In this document: positions 24,867 through 38,075 of the stretch, piece after piece | How positions within the stretch are numbered: position 1 is the first letter of the stretch | How the letters are laid out: every line of letters starts with the position of its first letter | From: Octopus sinensis | Taxonomy: Eukaryota | Reading direction: 5' to 3' | DNA: 64,000 nt | Assembly: GCF_006345805.1 (NCBI RefSeq) | Contig: NC_043019.1 | Span: forward strand, 24,117,360 to 24,181,359 | Translations under genes and position numbers: made by a program | Notes under the pieces: model-generated | The model's database searches: none | Seen by the model: only the letters and a program-made list of their open reading frames with translations | What the model was told of the DNA's origin: nothing

Positions 24867-25636
24867 CGAGGGGATACCCAAAAGAAACCGGAATTTCGCA
24901 ATATTATTTTATTCACTTAGTTTTACATGTTTACACTTTTTCCATTTGAAGCAATGCCCGAACTTTTGCGAAGGGATGTCTTTTAACGCCTCCGTCGTTT
25001 TTCTTCGCCTTTTCTACATCTGCAAATTCTGTAGCACCAGCTTTTGTCACCAGAGATGACCTTCGATAAAAGGTCCGGACCAACTGTTCAGTTCACAACA
25101 CATATTCAGCTGTGACTGCTTTTCATCTGTGAGAAACCGAGGCACAAAAGTTTTGCTGCAAAATTCGCTATTTCACGCTCAAAATTTGCTGGCAGGAGCT
25201 CCAGGACACACCAATCCTATCAACAAGTTCGTCAATTGTTCGGTGATTGTCTACGAAAATCAGTTCATTGATTTTCATGTTTTCATTCGTTCGGGAGGTG
25301 GACGGACGCCCTGAACGAAATTGGTCTTCAAGCGACAAGTGACCATTCCTAAAGCGAGAAAACCACTCGTAAACTTGCCTTTTGCTCATGGTGGCGTCCT
25401 TGTAAACTGTTTGAAGCATGACAGCTGTTTCAGCCTCCTTTTTCCCCAGCAGAAAACAGAATTTCACGGAAGCACGCCGTTCTTTTGTTTCAGCCATCGC
25501 AAAAATCGACGAACAGGGGAGAAACACTGCAAAACAAAGACGCATCACATGGCAGTACGACCTCACCCAACGATACCAGTCAGCAAACTGATGCTGACGG
25601 TCCTAACGTTTCTGGTTACTTTTGTGTATCTCCTCG
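24867..25636 (-). mobile_element. Internally deleted mariner transposon (770 bp), different lineage from 6036-6927
   Basis: TIRs CGAGGGGATACCCAAAAGAAACCGGAA / revcomp CGAGGAGATACACAAAAGTAACCAGAA (4 mismatches in 27); ORF ERRASVKFCFLLGK..VYEWFSRFRNGHLSLEDQFRSGRPSTS. Confidence 0.9.
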
Positions 25637-26637
25637 TATGTGAATTAAAATTATCGGAGCAATGGAACTCAAATGCATCATATGGAATGTGAGGAAAAGT
25701 ATCTTTAGAATGCTCTTAGAAATATGTGGAAAAATACCATTAGAATGTTCCACTGAAGAAATAATATAAGTTGATAGGCATGAGCAGATGCCAGCAACTG
25801 TGTAGTAATTAGATAGACACTCACATAAACCTAGGAAATACAATTTTAGTTCATTTAAGAGAGATATTTAATTATATTTAATTATTAAGAGTGCACGACT
25901 ATTCAACATGATCAGTGCAGTGGCTATATCTATGAATTAAGCAAATGAGAAGAACGCACATACAAAATATCATTAAAGAACGAATCAGATATTTCCCACA
26001 AGTTATGCTATAAGACATTTAGGTGGTTCGGTGACTATTCCCCAGGTCAGCAGCTGGGGTACTAAGTACTCATTCCGTCAGAAACACATTATGCAACAAT
26101 TGTTGTAGTATATGCAACAGTATATGCAGCGATTAGAAAACGAGAACGGAACGAAGAAATCCTTTTACATAGACCACTGTCAGAACATATATATATTAAT
26201 TGTAATCTTAAGGACATTATAATAAAGAGTATCTAACCAGACAAACGTGCCATATTGCACTCCCCCACACACGTACACACACATATATGTTGAGACATGC
26301 ATAATTCTGTAACGCGAGGCATTTTCCCATTAATGCTCTTAAATGGAAATCAATAGTAAAATAGTTTCGCGTTGCAGATTTTCCTATTACGGCAAATTTT
26401 CATGACTACAAAGCTTCCATCATAAACTTTGTGTGTACGGATTGCCCCAATATATGTTGTACGGATTGCCCCAATATACGAAAGCGTTTACATACACAAT
26501 AAGAAAACTTCCTTCAAAAATTTCGTGTTATTCTTTTCTTTTACGATATTTTTTTTACATAACATATAATTTCCTTTTAATTGATTCAGTCTTGAACAAT
26601 TTTAGTTGGACAAATAAACCTTAATGCTTATGTTTTA

Positions 26638-26860
26638 ACGTCCGATACTTATTCCATTAATCTCTTTTGCCGAACCGCTAAGTTACATATAAATATACGA
26701 TGGGCTTCTTTCAGTTTCCATCTGCTAAATCCACTCACAAGGTGTAGTCGGCCCTGGGTTACAGTAAAAGATACTTGCCAAAGGTACAACGCAGTGGGAC
26801 TGAACCTGTAACGATGTGGCTGGGGAGCAAACTTCTTACCGCATAGTCATGTCCGCACCT
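26638..26860 (-). mobile_element. SINE family 2 copy
   Basis: TTTTGCCGAACCGCTAAGTTAC..TACGATGGGCTTCTTTCAGTTTCC..CGCAGTGGGACTGAACC. Confidence 0.8.
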
Positions 26861-27149
26861 GATAACTCCTTACCACGTGGCTATTTATGTTTTAAGAAAT
26901 GTTTTCTGGCAAAAAGTTTTGTCACACACAGACACGTACACATACATACATACATACATTGGACACAGGTTTGTTTGTCACATAGTTAGCTAGAGGCGAT
27001 GGCCTCTTTGAGGTAACCAACGGCTGCATTCGTCCTATTTTCCTGAACTGCCATGTTAACCTGGCGCTAACTATAAATATCCAGTACTGCTGTCGTAGTC
27101 TCCTTTAGAGAGATTTAGAAATATTTACATTTATACATACATACATACA

Positions 27150-27215
<66 letters not shown>

Positions 27216-27292
27216 CATACTTACATAATACATACATACATATATATATATTATATATATATATATATATATAATATATATATATATTATTA

Positions 27293-29345
27293 TATAAAAG
27301 GGCTTAGTAAAATAAATTACTTTGCCGCATACTGAACTCATTAGAAATAGTAGCTAAAAAAACTTTTTTAAACTATTTCTAATACTTAAAGAAAACCTCT
27401 CTCAAATAGTGTTTGCTCAATTCAACTCACGAAAGTATGGGGGTAAAGACATTAAAAAATCAAATGCAAAGGTTATTTGAGAACGTACGTTTCAAGATTA
27501 GTCAACTCGACATTTCTATCATCAGCTCAGAACTCCTTGGTTTGGATTTGAAAACACTGAAAGTGGGAGCATACCCTTTCGGCTTTTATCGCTTCTGAAG
27601 ATCTGCTCGAAACTAACAGTGCCAGCAAACTCAAATATGCAAGCGAAGAATTTCTGCTCTCCCTTTCCACCAGCGTGGGTTAAAATCAGTAAACACTATG
27701 CTTTTTCGGTAAAATCCGAGGCATTAAATAGAGAGAGATGAATTATAATTTCAACAATTGAGGGTAAAATTAATTAATTATTAATCAATTTCACCAAGTA
27801 TTCAGTATGCAAAGGGACCATTTAAGGCGAATTCAAATTATTACATTATATAAAGGGCTTAGTAAAATAAATTACTTTGCCGCATACTGAACTCATTAGA
27901 AATAGTAGCTAAAAAAACTTTTTTAAAACTATTTTAATACTTAAAGAAAACCTCTCTCAAATAGTGTTTGCTCAATTCAACTCACGAAAGTATGGGGGTA
28001 AAGACATTAAAAAATCAAATGCAAAGGTTATTTGAGAACGTACGTTTCAAGATTAGTCAACTCGACATTTCTATCATCAGCTCAGAACTCCTTGGTTTGG
28101 ATTTGAAAACACTGAAAGTGGGAGCATACCATTTCGGCTCTTATCGCTTCTGAAGATCTGCCTCGAAACTAACAGTGCAGCAAACTCAAATATGCAAGCG
28201 TAGAATTTCTGCTCTCCCTTTCCACCAGCGTGGGTTAAAATCAGTAAACACTATGTTTTTTCGGTAAAATCCGAGGCATTAAATAGAGAGAGATGAATTA
28301 TAATTTCAACAATTGAGGGTAAAATTAATTAATTATTAATCAATTTCACCAAGTATTCAGTATGCAAAGGGACCATTTAAGGCGAATTCAAATTCAAGAA
28401 GCCGAAAGGGTATGCTCCCACTTTGAGTGTTTTCAAATCCAAACCAAGGAGTTCTGAGCTGATGACAGAAATGTCGAGTTGACTAATCTTGAAACGTACG
28501 TTCTCAAATAACCTTTGCATTTGATTTTTTAATGTTTTTACCCCCATACTTTCGTGAGTTGAATTGAGCAAACACTATTTGAGAGAGGTTTTCTTTAAGT
28601 ATTAGAAATAGTTTTAAAAAAGTTTTTTTAGCTACTATTCTAATGAGTTCAGTATGCGGCAAAGTAATTATTTTACTAAGCCCTTTTATATAATGTAATA
28701 ATTTGAATTCGCCTTAAATGGTCCCTTTGCATACTGAATACTTGGTGAAATTGATTAATAATTAATTAATTTTACCCTCAATTGTTGAAATTATAATTCA
28801 TCTCTCTCTATTTAATGCCTCGGATTTTACCGAAAAAGCATAGTGTTTACTGATTTTAACCCACGCTGGTGGAAGGGGGAGAGCAGAAATTCTTCGCTTG
28901 CATATTTGAGTTTGCTGGCACTGTTAGTTTCGAGCAGATCTTCAGAAGCGATAAGAAGCCGAAAGGGTATGCTCCCACTTCAGTGTTTTCAAATCCAAAC
29001 CAAGGAGTTCTGAGCTGATGATAGAAATGTCGAGTTGACTAATCTTGAAACGTACGTTCTCAAATAACCTTTGCATTTGATTTTTTAATGTCTTTACCCC
29101 CATACTTTCGTGAGTTGAATTGAGCAAACACTATTTGAGAGAGGTTTTCTTTAAGTATTAGAAATAGTTTTAAAAAAGTTTTTTTAGCTACTATTTCTAA
29201 TGAGTTCAGTATGCGGCAAAGTAATTTATTTTACTAAGCCCTTTTATATAATGTAATAATTTGAATTCGCCTTAAATGGTCCCTTTGCATACTGAATACT
29301 TGGTGAAATTGATTAATAATTAATTAACTTTACCCTCAATTGTTG

Positions 29346-29348
<3 letters not shown>
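27293..29348. repeat. ~556-bp unit concatemer: two head-to-tail forward copies followed by ~1.7 inverted copies
   Basis: Forward units 27293-27848 and 27849-28394; inverted blocks 28396-28690 (partial), 28691-29248 (full), 29249-29348 (partial); (TA)n on both flanks. Confidence 0.95.
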
Positions 29349-29389
<41 letters not shown>

Positions 29390-29469
29390 TATATGCATAC
29401 ATATCTGTATAGTGTACATTATACGCACACATACACACACATACATACACACATACATGATGACATTTT

Positions 29470-29580
29470 CCGTATACCAAATCCATTCATAAGGCTTTAA
29501 TTGGTGCAAGGTTATAGTAGAAGACACTTGTAGAAGGTTTCAGGCACAGGGACTGAACCCTGGATTATGTGGTTAGAAAA
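29470..29580 (-). mobile_element. Partial SINE family 2 head
   Basis: TATAGTAGAAGACACTTG..GGGACTGAACCCTGG..ATGTGGTT. Confidence 0.7.
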
Positions 29581-29992
29581 TTAAGAGTAATAAAATAATG
29601 TACTAAATTCTGCATAATCGACTCTTACAGACCACGCAAATTTGCAGTCATGACTCTCTTTTAGAAATTGACTCTCATATATTTATTGATACATTCAATA
29701 TTTCTTTACGCGTGAATATAATAACCATGTATTCTTTCATATAATATATTTGCTCTGCAACTCTTGGACGTATGAAGCCTGGAATAAAGAAGAATGAACC
29801 GAGCGCTTATGAGAAAAATATTCTGTAACTCTATTCTGGATATTAAACATTATATCCTTAGAAGCACCAGGTTCAGATCACATAGAGATTACGAAACCTA
29901 CCTACAGGAGCCGTACTAATTCCTTGTCAGTGGCCTGGCGATGACCTCTCTTTTCTGAAAGGACATATAAATTAAATTCGGGACATTAACCT

Positions 29993-30223
29993 ATTTCTTT
30001 ACTACTACAAGGGGCTAAACACAGAGAGGACAAACAAGGACAGACAAACGGATTAAGTCGATTATATCGACCCCAGTGCGTAACTGGTACTTATTTAATC
30101 GACCCCGAAAGGATGAAAGGCAAAGTCGACCTCGGCGGAATTTGAACTCAGAGCGTAGCGGCAGACGAAATACCGCTAAGCATTTCGCCCGGCGTGCTAA
30201 CGTTTCTGCCAGCTCACCGCCTT
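29993..30223 (-). mobile_element. Full-length young SINE family 1 copy with 8-bp TSD
   Basis: Complete head, core and tail; direct repeat ATTAACCT at 29985-29992 and 30224-30231. Confidence 0.92.
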
Positions 30224-30449
30224 ATTAACCTGCTTCAAATTTTATTTGAATGTATATCGTCGTGGATAGTATTTTAGTCATTTTTGAACAGCTTAAAACG
30301 GAAATTTCTGTTAATAGCAGGGAAGAGACAAATGCACCAGGTTCCATAGTTTTCTTTTACAATGTCAAGTTAGTTCTAATGAATATAATATTTAATATTA
30401 TTAACAGTAGTGATCAGGTGTTTCCCGTTCAAAGGGACTGGAAGTAAGA

Positions 30450-30800
30450 GAATAATAGACCGCACATAACAATTATAGATAGGAAACAGCAACGTTGCTT
30501 ACTTATAGACCCATCATGCCAGTTTGATCCCAGAATCGTAAAGAGAGAGGAAGAAAAGCAAAATCAATACCACCTCTTATCATTTGAAATGGGAACAATT
30601 TAAAGCATGCGAAAGTAAATATCGTGCCAATAATAATTGGTGCGTTGGGAAGAATACGCAAAGATATAGACAAATGAATGAAGAAGGTTGAAATATAATG
30701 CCACAGAAAGTTTCTCTTTTAGGGATATCAAGGATTATAAGGGGCGTTCTAAGCACTTGAGAGACTACTAAAATCTTGTGGATACCTAAAGTTACATACA
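30450..30800 (+). mobile_element. R4/Dong 3' fragment (family C-like)
   Basis: NRPHITIIDRKQQRCLLIDPSCQFDPRIVKREEEK..IVPIIIGALG RLE remnant. Confidence 0.75.
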
Positions 30801-30829
30801 GCTCAAAAACAAGCGTTAAAGACCAACTG

Positions 30830-31512
30830 TGTGAAATGCAGAATCGACAGCACTACCAACAGCGACAAATGAAGAATGTGTGGTGAGAGGGGTGAAAGGG
30901 CATGTTACATCGCTAACAAATGCTCGAAATTGGCAAACGCAATTACAAAAGAGGACATAACAATGCGTCCAGAATGATCCATTGGGAGCGCTGCGAAAAT
31001 CACGGCTTACAAAGAGCAAAGTCATGGTATGAGCAAACCCCAGAAGTAGTTACCGAGAATGAGAATTTCAAAATCCTGTGGCATTCAATGATCCAGTGCG
31101 ATCACATAACCAGACATCGGAAACCGGACATTGTTGTGGTGAATAAAAAAGAAAGAACAAGCATGATAATCGACATAAGTTTTCCCGGTGACGACAGTAT
31201 CAAAGAGAAAGAAGAAAAACTGAACAACTCTGACGATTTGGGGTGGGAAATACGAAGGAGAAGAGTAGACGTGATACCAATAGTAATTGCTGCACTTGCA
31301 TGAATCAGCACTCAACTACCAGCATCTCTAAAACAGATTGGTGCAAATGAGAAGGTAGAACACCCACAAAAATCAGATTGCTGGGAAGTGCAAGAATTAT
31401 TCGCAGGGTTCTTGAAGCATGACCAATAGACAAGTGTCACCTTAGTCTGCTCTCTGTAGACAGCTGACACTTTCCATCATACCCAGCCAAATAGCTGTGA
31501 GTTTTAATGACA
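30830..31512 (+). mobile_element. R4/Dong 3' fragment (family E)
   Basis: CRICGK..YKRGHNNASRMIHW..HRKPDIVVVNKKERTSMIIDISFPGD..IPIVIAAL; 3' UTR ending in an AAT/CAC/AAC tail. Confidence 0.88.
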
Positions 31513-31563
31513 TAATATAACACCACCACCACCACCACCACCACCACGACGACGACGACCACC

Positions 31564-31595
<32 letters not shown>

Positions 31596-31689
31596 CAACA
31601 ATAATGTAACACAAAAATGTTTAATGAAGCAATAAAATATTAAAAAAACTCAAATCTCTTGTCGTGTGGTTAATTTGGAAGCGTGTTCC

Positions 31690-34680
31690 TCAGGATGGTT
31701 CCAGCCTGAGGTTGAAAATTCATCCACTGGCACAATTTTTTTCTGAATACAAACCTGGAGGTCCCTTGAAGTTCACTGCACTCAGCACAAAAAATGAAAT
31801 GTAAGTGTCTCAAATGGACCCAGGAAAAGATAAAGAATTAATATACGCTTATTGCTATGCATTAGGTAGGCCATCTCAGGAAAGGCACACCACAAACTCT
31901 TACAACATCCCTATTTCGATGGAAACAAGTTAGCAGATGTTAAGAGGAATAGCCTAAGAAATAATAGACTCACAGACGCTGATATAATCGCACTGAAGTA
32001 CGCAGTGGAAAATGGCTAAAATATTAGAGAGGAGCGAAAGGAAGAATCAAGATAGAGAGTAGTCAGAGACGAGTCTTAATTGAAAAACTGTTTCTGACCA
32101 AATCACGCTAAGGACGGAAGAAATAAGAAATTCTAATGAAGCTGACAAAAATAACCAGGAATGTAGTATAGAAACAGTATGTGATGACCGCACTTTTGCG
32201 GAAGAACACAGAGTCTAAAATAGAAATGAAGCAAAAAATAAAAAAATAAGGATAAAATAAAAATGAGCTTGCAGTTGCCAGACATACAAGTATGAATGAC
32301 AGAGTGGCAACTGCGTAAGAAAGGAAATCATACAAAAGCTAAAACCTGATCTTACTAAGTTAAATGGGACTATTTACGCATCTGCTAAGACAATAGAAAA
32401 ATAACGAAAATCAAACTTGAAGAGGAAGCTACGCTGGAGAAGCAACATTGAAAAAGAGAATGAATTAATGATAGGAAATATCGATATTAAATGAACTAAT
32501 AATTAGAAATGATGTAAATACTAGAAAAGGAAGGAAGATGAAGAGAAAATGTGGATTTTCATCAAGAGAAAATCTGATATCAACGAAACATTGAAGCAAA
32601 ATGTCCAAGCAAAAGCACAAAGAATTCGAAGATTTGAGAAAAGAAACAATTTTGACAAGCATAATAAGCTATTCACATCCAGCCACTCCCACTACCTCAT
32701 ATAAGAACTTGAAAAAATTGGAAAAAGATTTGGAGTGATGACAAGACGTACAATGAAAATCCACATTGGATTAGACGCACATAAGGATCCTACCAAAGTT
32801 TACAAGAACAAGCATGGGAATATATCTCAATAGGAGACCTAAGGATGAAACCCATGAAGGTTCATAAGTGGAAATCCCCCAGTATAGATAGGGTGCTAAA
32901 TTTCTGCCTCATCACCCTCGTGCGCACACGAGAAGTTAGTCCCGCTGTTCAATGAAATTATGAGATATCCCGAGAAAATACCCGAATGGATAGCAAGTGG
33001 TATAGCTTCCCTACTTCCAAAGAATAATGAAACCAAAGCTAAACAAACTATCAGCACATTACTTATTTACCCACCAGTTATAAAATATTAACATCTATTC
33101 TCATGCAGAAAACATGCACTTATGAAAGAGAACAATTCCACCCACCCCCACTGAACCAAAAGCGTGCCAATGAGGCTCATATGGCAGTAAAGACCAATCA
33201 ATCACATAATCTTTGAGAACTGCCATAGTAAATGCAGAAATCTCAGTTCTGCATGAATTGATTACAAGTCTTTTGACAGCATATCGTATTCATGGATATT
33301 TACAAAATTTCTTCTGTAATTTCAAACTTTCTGAAGCTAAATATGTCATTGTGGAATACTCTCTCCAATTATGATTCTAATGGAGAACTAGGTTAAAACA
33401 CTATTAGCATAAACTATTGAATTTTCCGAAGTGATTCGCTTTTACTTCTAAGTTTTTGTACATCTCTAGTACTGCTAACAAGTGAACTTAACAGAACAGC
33501 GTATGGTTATAAAACTGACAAGAAAATAAGCCATCTACCTTATATAGATGACTTAAAACTGTATGCCAAAGACAAAGATGAACTTGAAGGCCTATTGCAT
33601 GCTGTGAAAGCAAAGCATTCGGTGATGACATCGGGATAGAGTTTGTTTTGATAAGCGTCCCAAGGCCACTTTCGAGAAAGGGAAATTGATAAATTTAAAT
33701 TCAGTCAAGTTAGATGTTGACACAGTTATAAAAGAACTTGAACAGGAAGAAACTTACAAATACCTAGGAATAATCAAAGGCTCTGGCATTCAACAGGCAA
33801 ACATGAAAGAGAATATCAGGAAGATATAAGAGACTATGAGTAGTTCTGAAGTCTGAGCTAATTATACATAACTAGGTGTTAACCAAAAATTACTTAGCAG
33901 ATCTAATTGTCTTATAGCTTCCAAGTGTTGAACTGGAATATCAATGAAATAAAGACAATTGATGGAAAATCTCATAAGCTACTGATGCGTGGTAAGATGC
34001 ATCACTGAAATGCAGCCGTGGAACGTCTTTACCTTCCCAGAGCCCATGGAAGTTTGGACTTTCTTACAGCACATTTGGGTTGGGCAAATATTTTAAAACA
34101 ATGAATGTCTGCATACTAAAACTCGTTGAAAATCACGAGTGATGTAACAAATTTCCTTCTATCTTAAAGAAAATCAAATATTTGCTACTATTTTCATGAA
34201 TGATACCCAGGCTGAAGAGCGTAAAGGAAGAAAATGTGCAAGAAGAATAAGCTTGTTGGTGGGAGCAGAGACGTCTGAACGGCAAATATATGACCCGTAG
34301 CAAACAAGCTGATACTAATCAGAAGTACATTCATCAGTGGCTACGAAGCTCAGGATTAAAGGCAAAGTGCGAGAGCTTCATTTTAGCTGCTCAAGATCAA
34401 AGGTTATTGATTCGAAACTACCAAGCCAATGTGATGAAAAAAAGGAGTAGATCCAGAGTGCTGATTCTGTAATGGTGCGATTGAAACGGTGAACCACCTA
34501 ATCTCTAAATGTAAAGTTTTAACACCAAAAGAATATAAATCAAGACATGACAGAGTTGGTGAAGACCTATACTGGTTAATATGTCAGCATTATAAAATCA
34601 TTACTGTCCACAAGTAGTATAAGCATCATGCAGAGACTATAAATGAGGGACTTTCCTGTAAATATAAGTACACATATAGT
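31690..34680 (+). mobile_element. Near full-length but decayed R4/Dong element
   Basis: N-terminal KWT..ELIYAY, then RT (DYK.FDSI; HLPYIDDLKLYAKD; YKYLGI), WLRSSGLKAKCESFILAAQDQ and RHDRV; many stops and frameshifts. Confidence 0.85.
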
Positions 34681-34785
34681 CACTGGGAAGTGCAAGAATT
34701 ATTCGCAGTGTTCTTGAAGCATGACCAATAGACAAGTGTCACCTTAGTCTGATGTCTGTGGACAGCTGACACTTCCTATCATTCA
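34681..34785 (+). mobile_element. Short ORF-end/3' UTR piece of Dong family E
   Basis: Near-identical to 31381-31480 (CTGGGAAGTGCAAGAATTATTCGCAG..CAGCTGACACTT). Confidence 0.85.
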
Positions 34786-35450
34786 GGCATGATAAAACAG
34801 CACAGTATATTCACTAGGTAATTTGCAAAAACCTGGACCTTCCTCATGATAAAAACAGGTGGGAACATAAACTAACTCCAGTGTTTGAAAATGATCACAT
34901 CACACTCCTCTGGAATATCACCGTTCAAAATGCCAGAACGATAGATGTGAATAGAGCAGAAACTATACTGAAAGACTTCAGGCAAAAATCATGCCTTCTC
35001 ATTGATATGACTGTCCCAATCGACATAAATGTATCTGTCAAGAACTACCAACAACCGAGCAAGTGTAAAGATCTTGAAATAGAAATTGGCAAACTGTGGA
35101 ACCTCAAGACTAAAACAATACCTGTTGTCATAGGTACCCTAGGAATGATAGCAAAAGGGGCTGATTCTTACATAGCTCATATACCAGGAAACCCCAAAAT
35201 GGCAGAAATTCAAAAGATAGTGCTTATGGGAACTGCCCATATACCACGTAAAGTACTATGTAATCTCAAATTTTAAAACAGACGTAATTTTCTTATGCTT
35301 TCTTAAACATTCTCTGGAACAATACTATGTGCAAAACCAAATATGACATCTTAGGCATAATACCAACTTGAACTTCTAACGTGTTCTCTTTTGAGGTCTC
35401 TGGGTGAGACTTGGAGTTAACTTGTACAAATACAAAGCAAAATCAAACAT
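34786..35450 (+). mobile_element. R4/Dong 3' fragment (family D)
   Basis: ENDHITLLW..DFRQKSCLLIDMTVP..KDLEIEIGKLWNLKTKTIPVVIG; 3' UTR matches 50753-50945 (reverse strand); (AAT)n tail. Confidence 0.92.
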
Positions 35451-35486
35451 ATAATAATAATAATAATAATAGTAATAATAATAATG

Positions 35487-35560
<74 letters not shown>

Positions 35561-35562
<2 letters not shown>

Positions 35563-35943
35563 GAAAATATAAAGACCTACTCATTGAAATTGAGAAAATG
35601 TGGCATCTCAAGGCGGTTACAATACCAGTGATCGTAGGAGCACTAGGAATGATCAAGAAGGGAACCGAAAATTATATGAGAATGATCCCTGGCTTACCAT
35701 CCCTGCAAGAAGTGCAAAAGATTGTCTTAACTGGTACATCACACGTACTGAGAAGAGCATTGTCGATGTGAGAACTGTTGCTGCTCATGCATTTTAATTT
35801 AACTTAAAAAAAAAAATTAAAAAAATTAACGAACTACTGAGTTTGGTTTAATGGCCTACCAATATACACTATGAGTTTCTTTGCCCTAGGAGTCGGGAAG
35901 ACACTCGGCAAGAAATGGAAGAAAATTTGAAAGAAAAAAAAAA

Positions 35944-35994
<51 letters not shown>

Positions 35995-36547
35995 TGCCCT
36001 GATGCAGTAACAGGCAGTGGTTCTCATGGGTTCTGATCTTAACTGATTGGAAATGATATCATGTACATTGTTTTGTCTTGGTATGAAAGATGGCTACAGC
36101 AAATATTCTGCTCAATACCACAGATTTGCTTGTCAGTTGTTTGACCTTAACCTTAGTGGCTGACGATATGCGCATCTCTGACCACGAGCAGAAGTAGTGA
36201 GGGAGCATCATAGCTGTGTGTTGAAAGGAATTCTTGGATGTTTGGATAATTCACCTTTGGAAATATGGGTGGTTCGTTCAACATCCTTAAACAATCCTTA
36301 TTCAGGGAAAACAATCCTTATTCAATCCTTTTCAGCGGGATGGGCTACTCGACCAGAAGAAAATTCTAGCTGGGCCCCACCTGCAAGGTCATGTGCTGTT
36401 TAACTTGTGCCTGGTATACCCTTATCGGACAGGTAGTCATGATGGGTATACTGGGCTTCGTATATTTTACTCTAGTGTCACTTTGAAGGCATGCACTGCT
36501 CTCTCACTCATAATAATAATAATAATGATAATAATAATATAATAATA

Positions 36548-36593
<46 letters not shown>

Positions 36594-36943
36594 CACAATA
36601 ACAATGTTTCTCTAAAAGAAACGGAGAAACTTTCAAAATACAAAGATCTGGAATAGAGGTAGCTCCAAGGTGGAGTCTCAAAACAAATAATTCTTATCAT
36701 AGTAGGTGCATTAGGCATGATAAAAAAATATCCAGACAAATACATAACAAAAGCACCAAGACTAACAAGTATATATATCATACGGAAAATAGCACTACTA
36801 GGTACCGCATATACCCTACGTAAAACACTTTCAATATCGTAAAAATAAGAGCCTCACAACAAACCACAGCACATACCCAAGGCACGCAGAGCTGCGCTCG
36901 GTTGTGCAGTGAAAGTATGTGATAAAAGATAAAAATAAGACTA

Positions 36944-36993
<50 letters not shown>

Positions 36994-37020
36994 TGATGAT
37001 GGTGATGATGATGATGATGT

Positions 37021-37070
<50 letters not shown>

Positions 37071-37073
37071 TTG

Positions 37074-37112
<39 letters not shown>

Positions 37113-37560
37113 TAATAATAATAATATTCCCAATCCAAACAGATAAAGTGCTAGAGCATAACAGTCCGGTCCAGGTGGTGGTGGAGAAGGTGCAACACAT
37201 ATACTATACAGTTGATGTTGGATGCCCCTTTGACCCACGAATAGTCAAGAAGGAAGGCGAAAAGATAAATACAACCCTCTTAAGTACGAAATAGCCCGGC
37301 TATGGAAAATGAAGAAAGTAAAGTTACTGCCAATTATTGTTGGATCCTTGAGAGCAGTATCAGAAAGTGTCAAGGAGAATATAAAGGAAATTGGAATATA
37401 TTATCCAGTAGAACTGTTACAAAAGACTTGTCTCCGTGACACGGCCAGAATAATCAGGAAAGTATTAGATAGCTGGAAAGAATAGATAGTATGGTACCGT
37501 AAGCTGCAGATAGCAAGCCCGCTACGCATGCAAGACTCCAGCAGCTCCAACGAACCTGAG

Positions 37561-37629
<69 letters not shown>

Positions 37630-38024
37630 TAATAATAATAATAAGAAAATATAAAGACCTACTCATTGAAATTGAGAAAATGTGGCATCTCAAGGCGGTT
37701 ACAATACCAGTGATCGTAGGAGCACTAGGAATGATCAAGAAGGGACCGAAAATTATATGAGAATGATCCCTGGCTTACCATCCCTGCAAGAAGTGCAAAA
37801 GATTGTCTTAACTGGTACATCACACGTACTGAGAAGAGCATTGTCGATGTGAGAACTGTTGCTGCTCATGCATTTTAATTTAACTTAAAAAAAAAAATTA
37901 AAAAAATTAACGAACTACTGAGTTTGGTTTAATGGCCTACCAATATACACTATGAGTTTCTTTGCCCTAGGAGTCGGGAAGACACTCGGCAAGAAATGGA
38001 AGAAAATTTGAAAGAAAAAAAAAA

Positions 38025-38075
<51 letters not shown>

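Noticed and set aside
26992-27080. Small hairpin AGAGGC-GATG-GCCTCT and a TATAAA motif
   Set aside because: A 6-bp stem and a TATA-like hexamer are expected by chance in AT-rich DNA.
27413-29127. Four copies of a 61-64 aa ORF (MLNSTHESMGVK...)
   Set aside because: TTG start, no recognisable motif, and the C-terminus varies with indels between copies; a by-product of the tandem unit.
2793-30223. tRNA genes suggested by A/B-box motifs
   Set aside because: The boxes belong to SINE heads followed by core and tail; no cloverleaf with an acceptor stem.
35994-36200. HDV-like or hammerhead ribozyme at the module 5' end (CTGATG motif; P3/P4-like hairpins)
   Set aside because: CTGATGC is not the CUGANGA core and has no matching GAAA; the HDV-like fit lacks P2, a full P1 and the J4/2 motif. 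Not supportable by eye.
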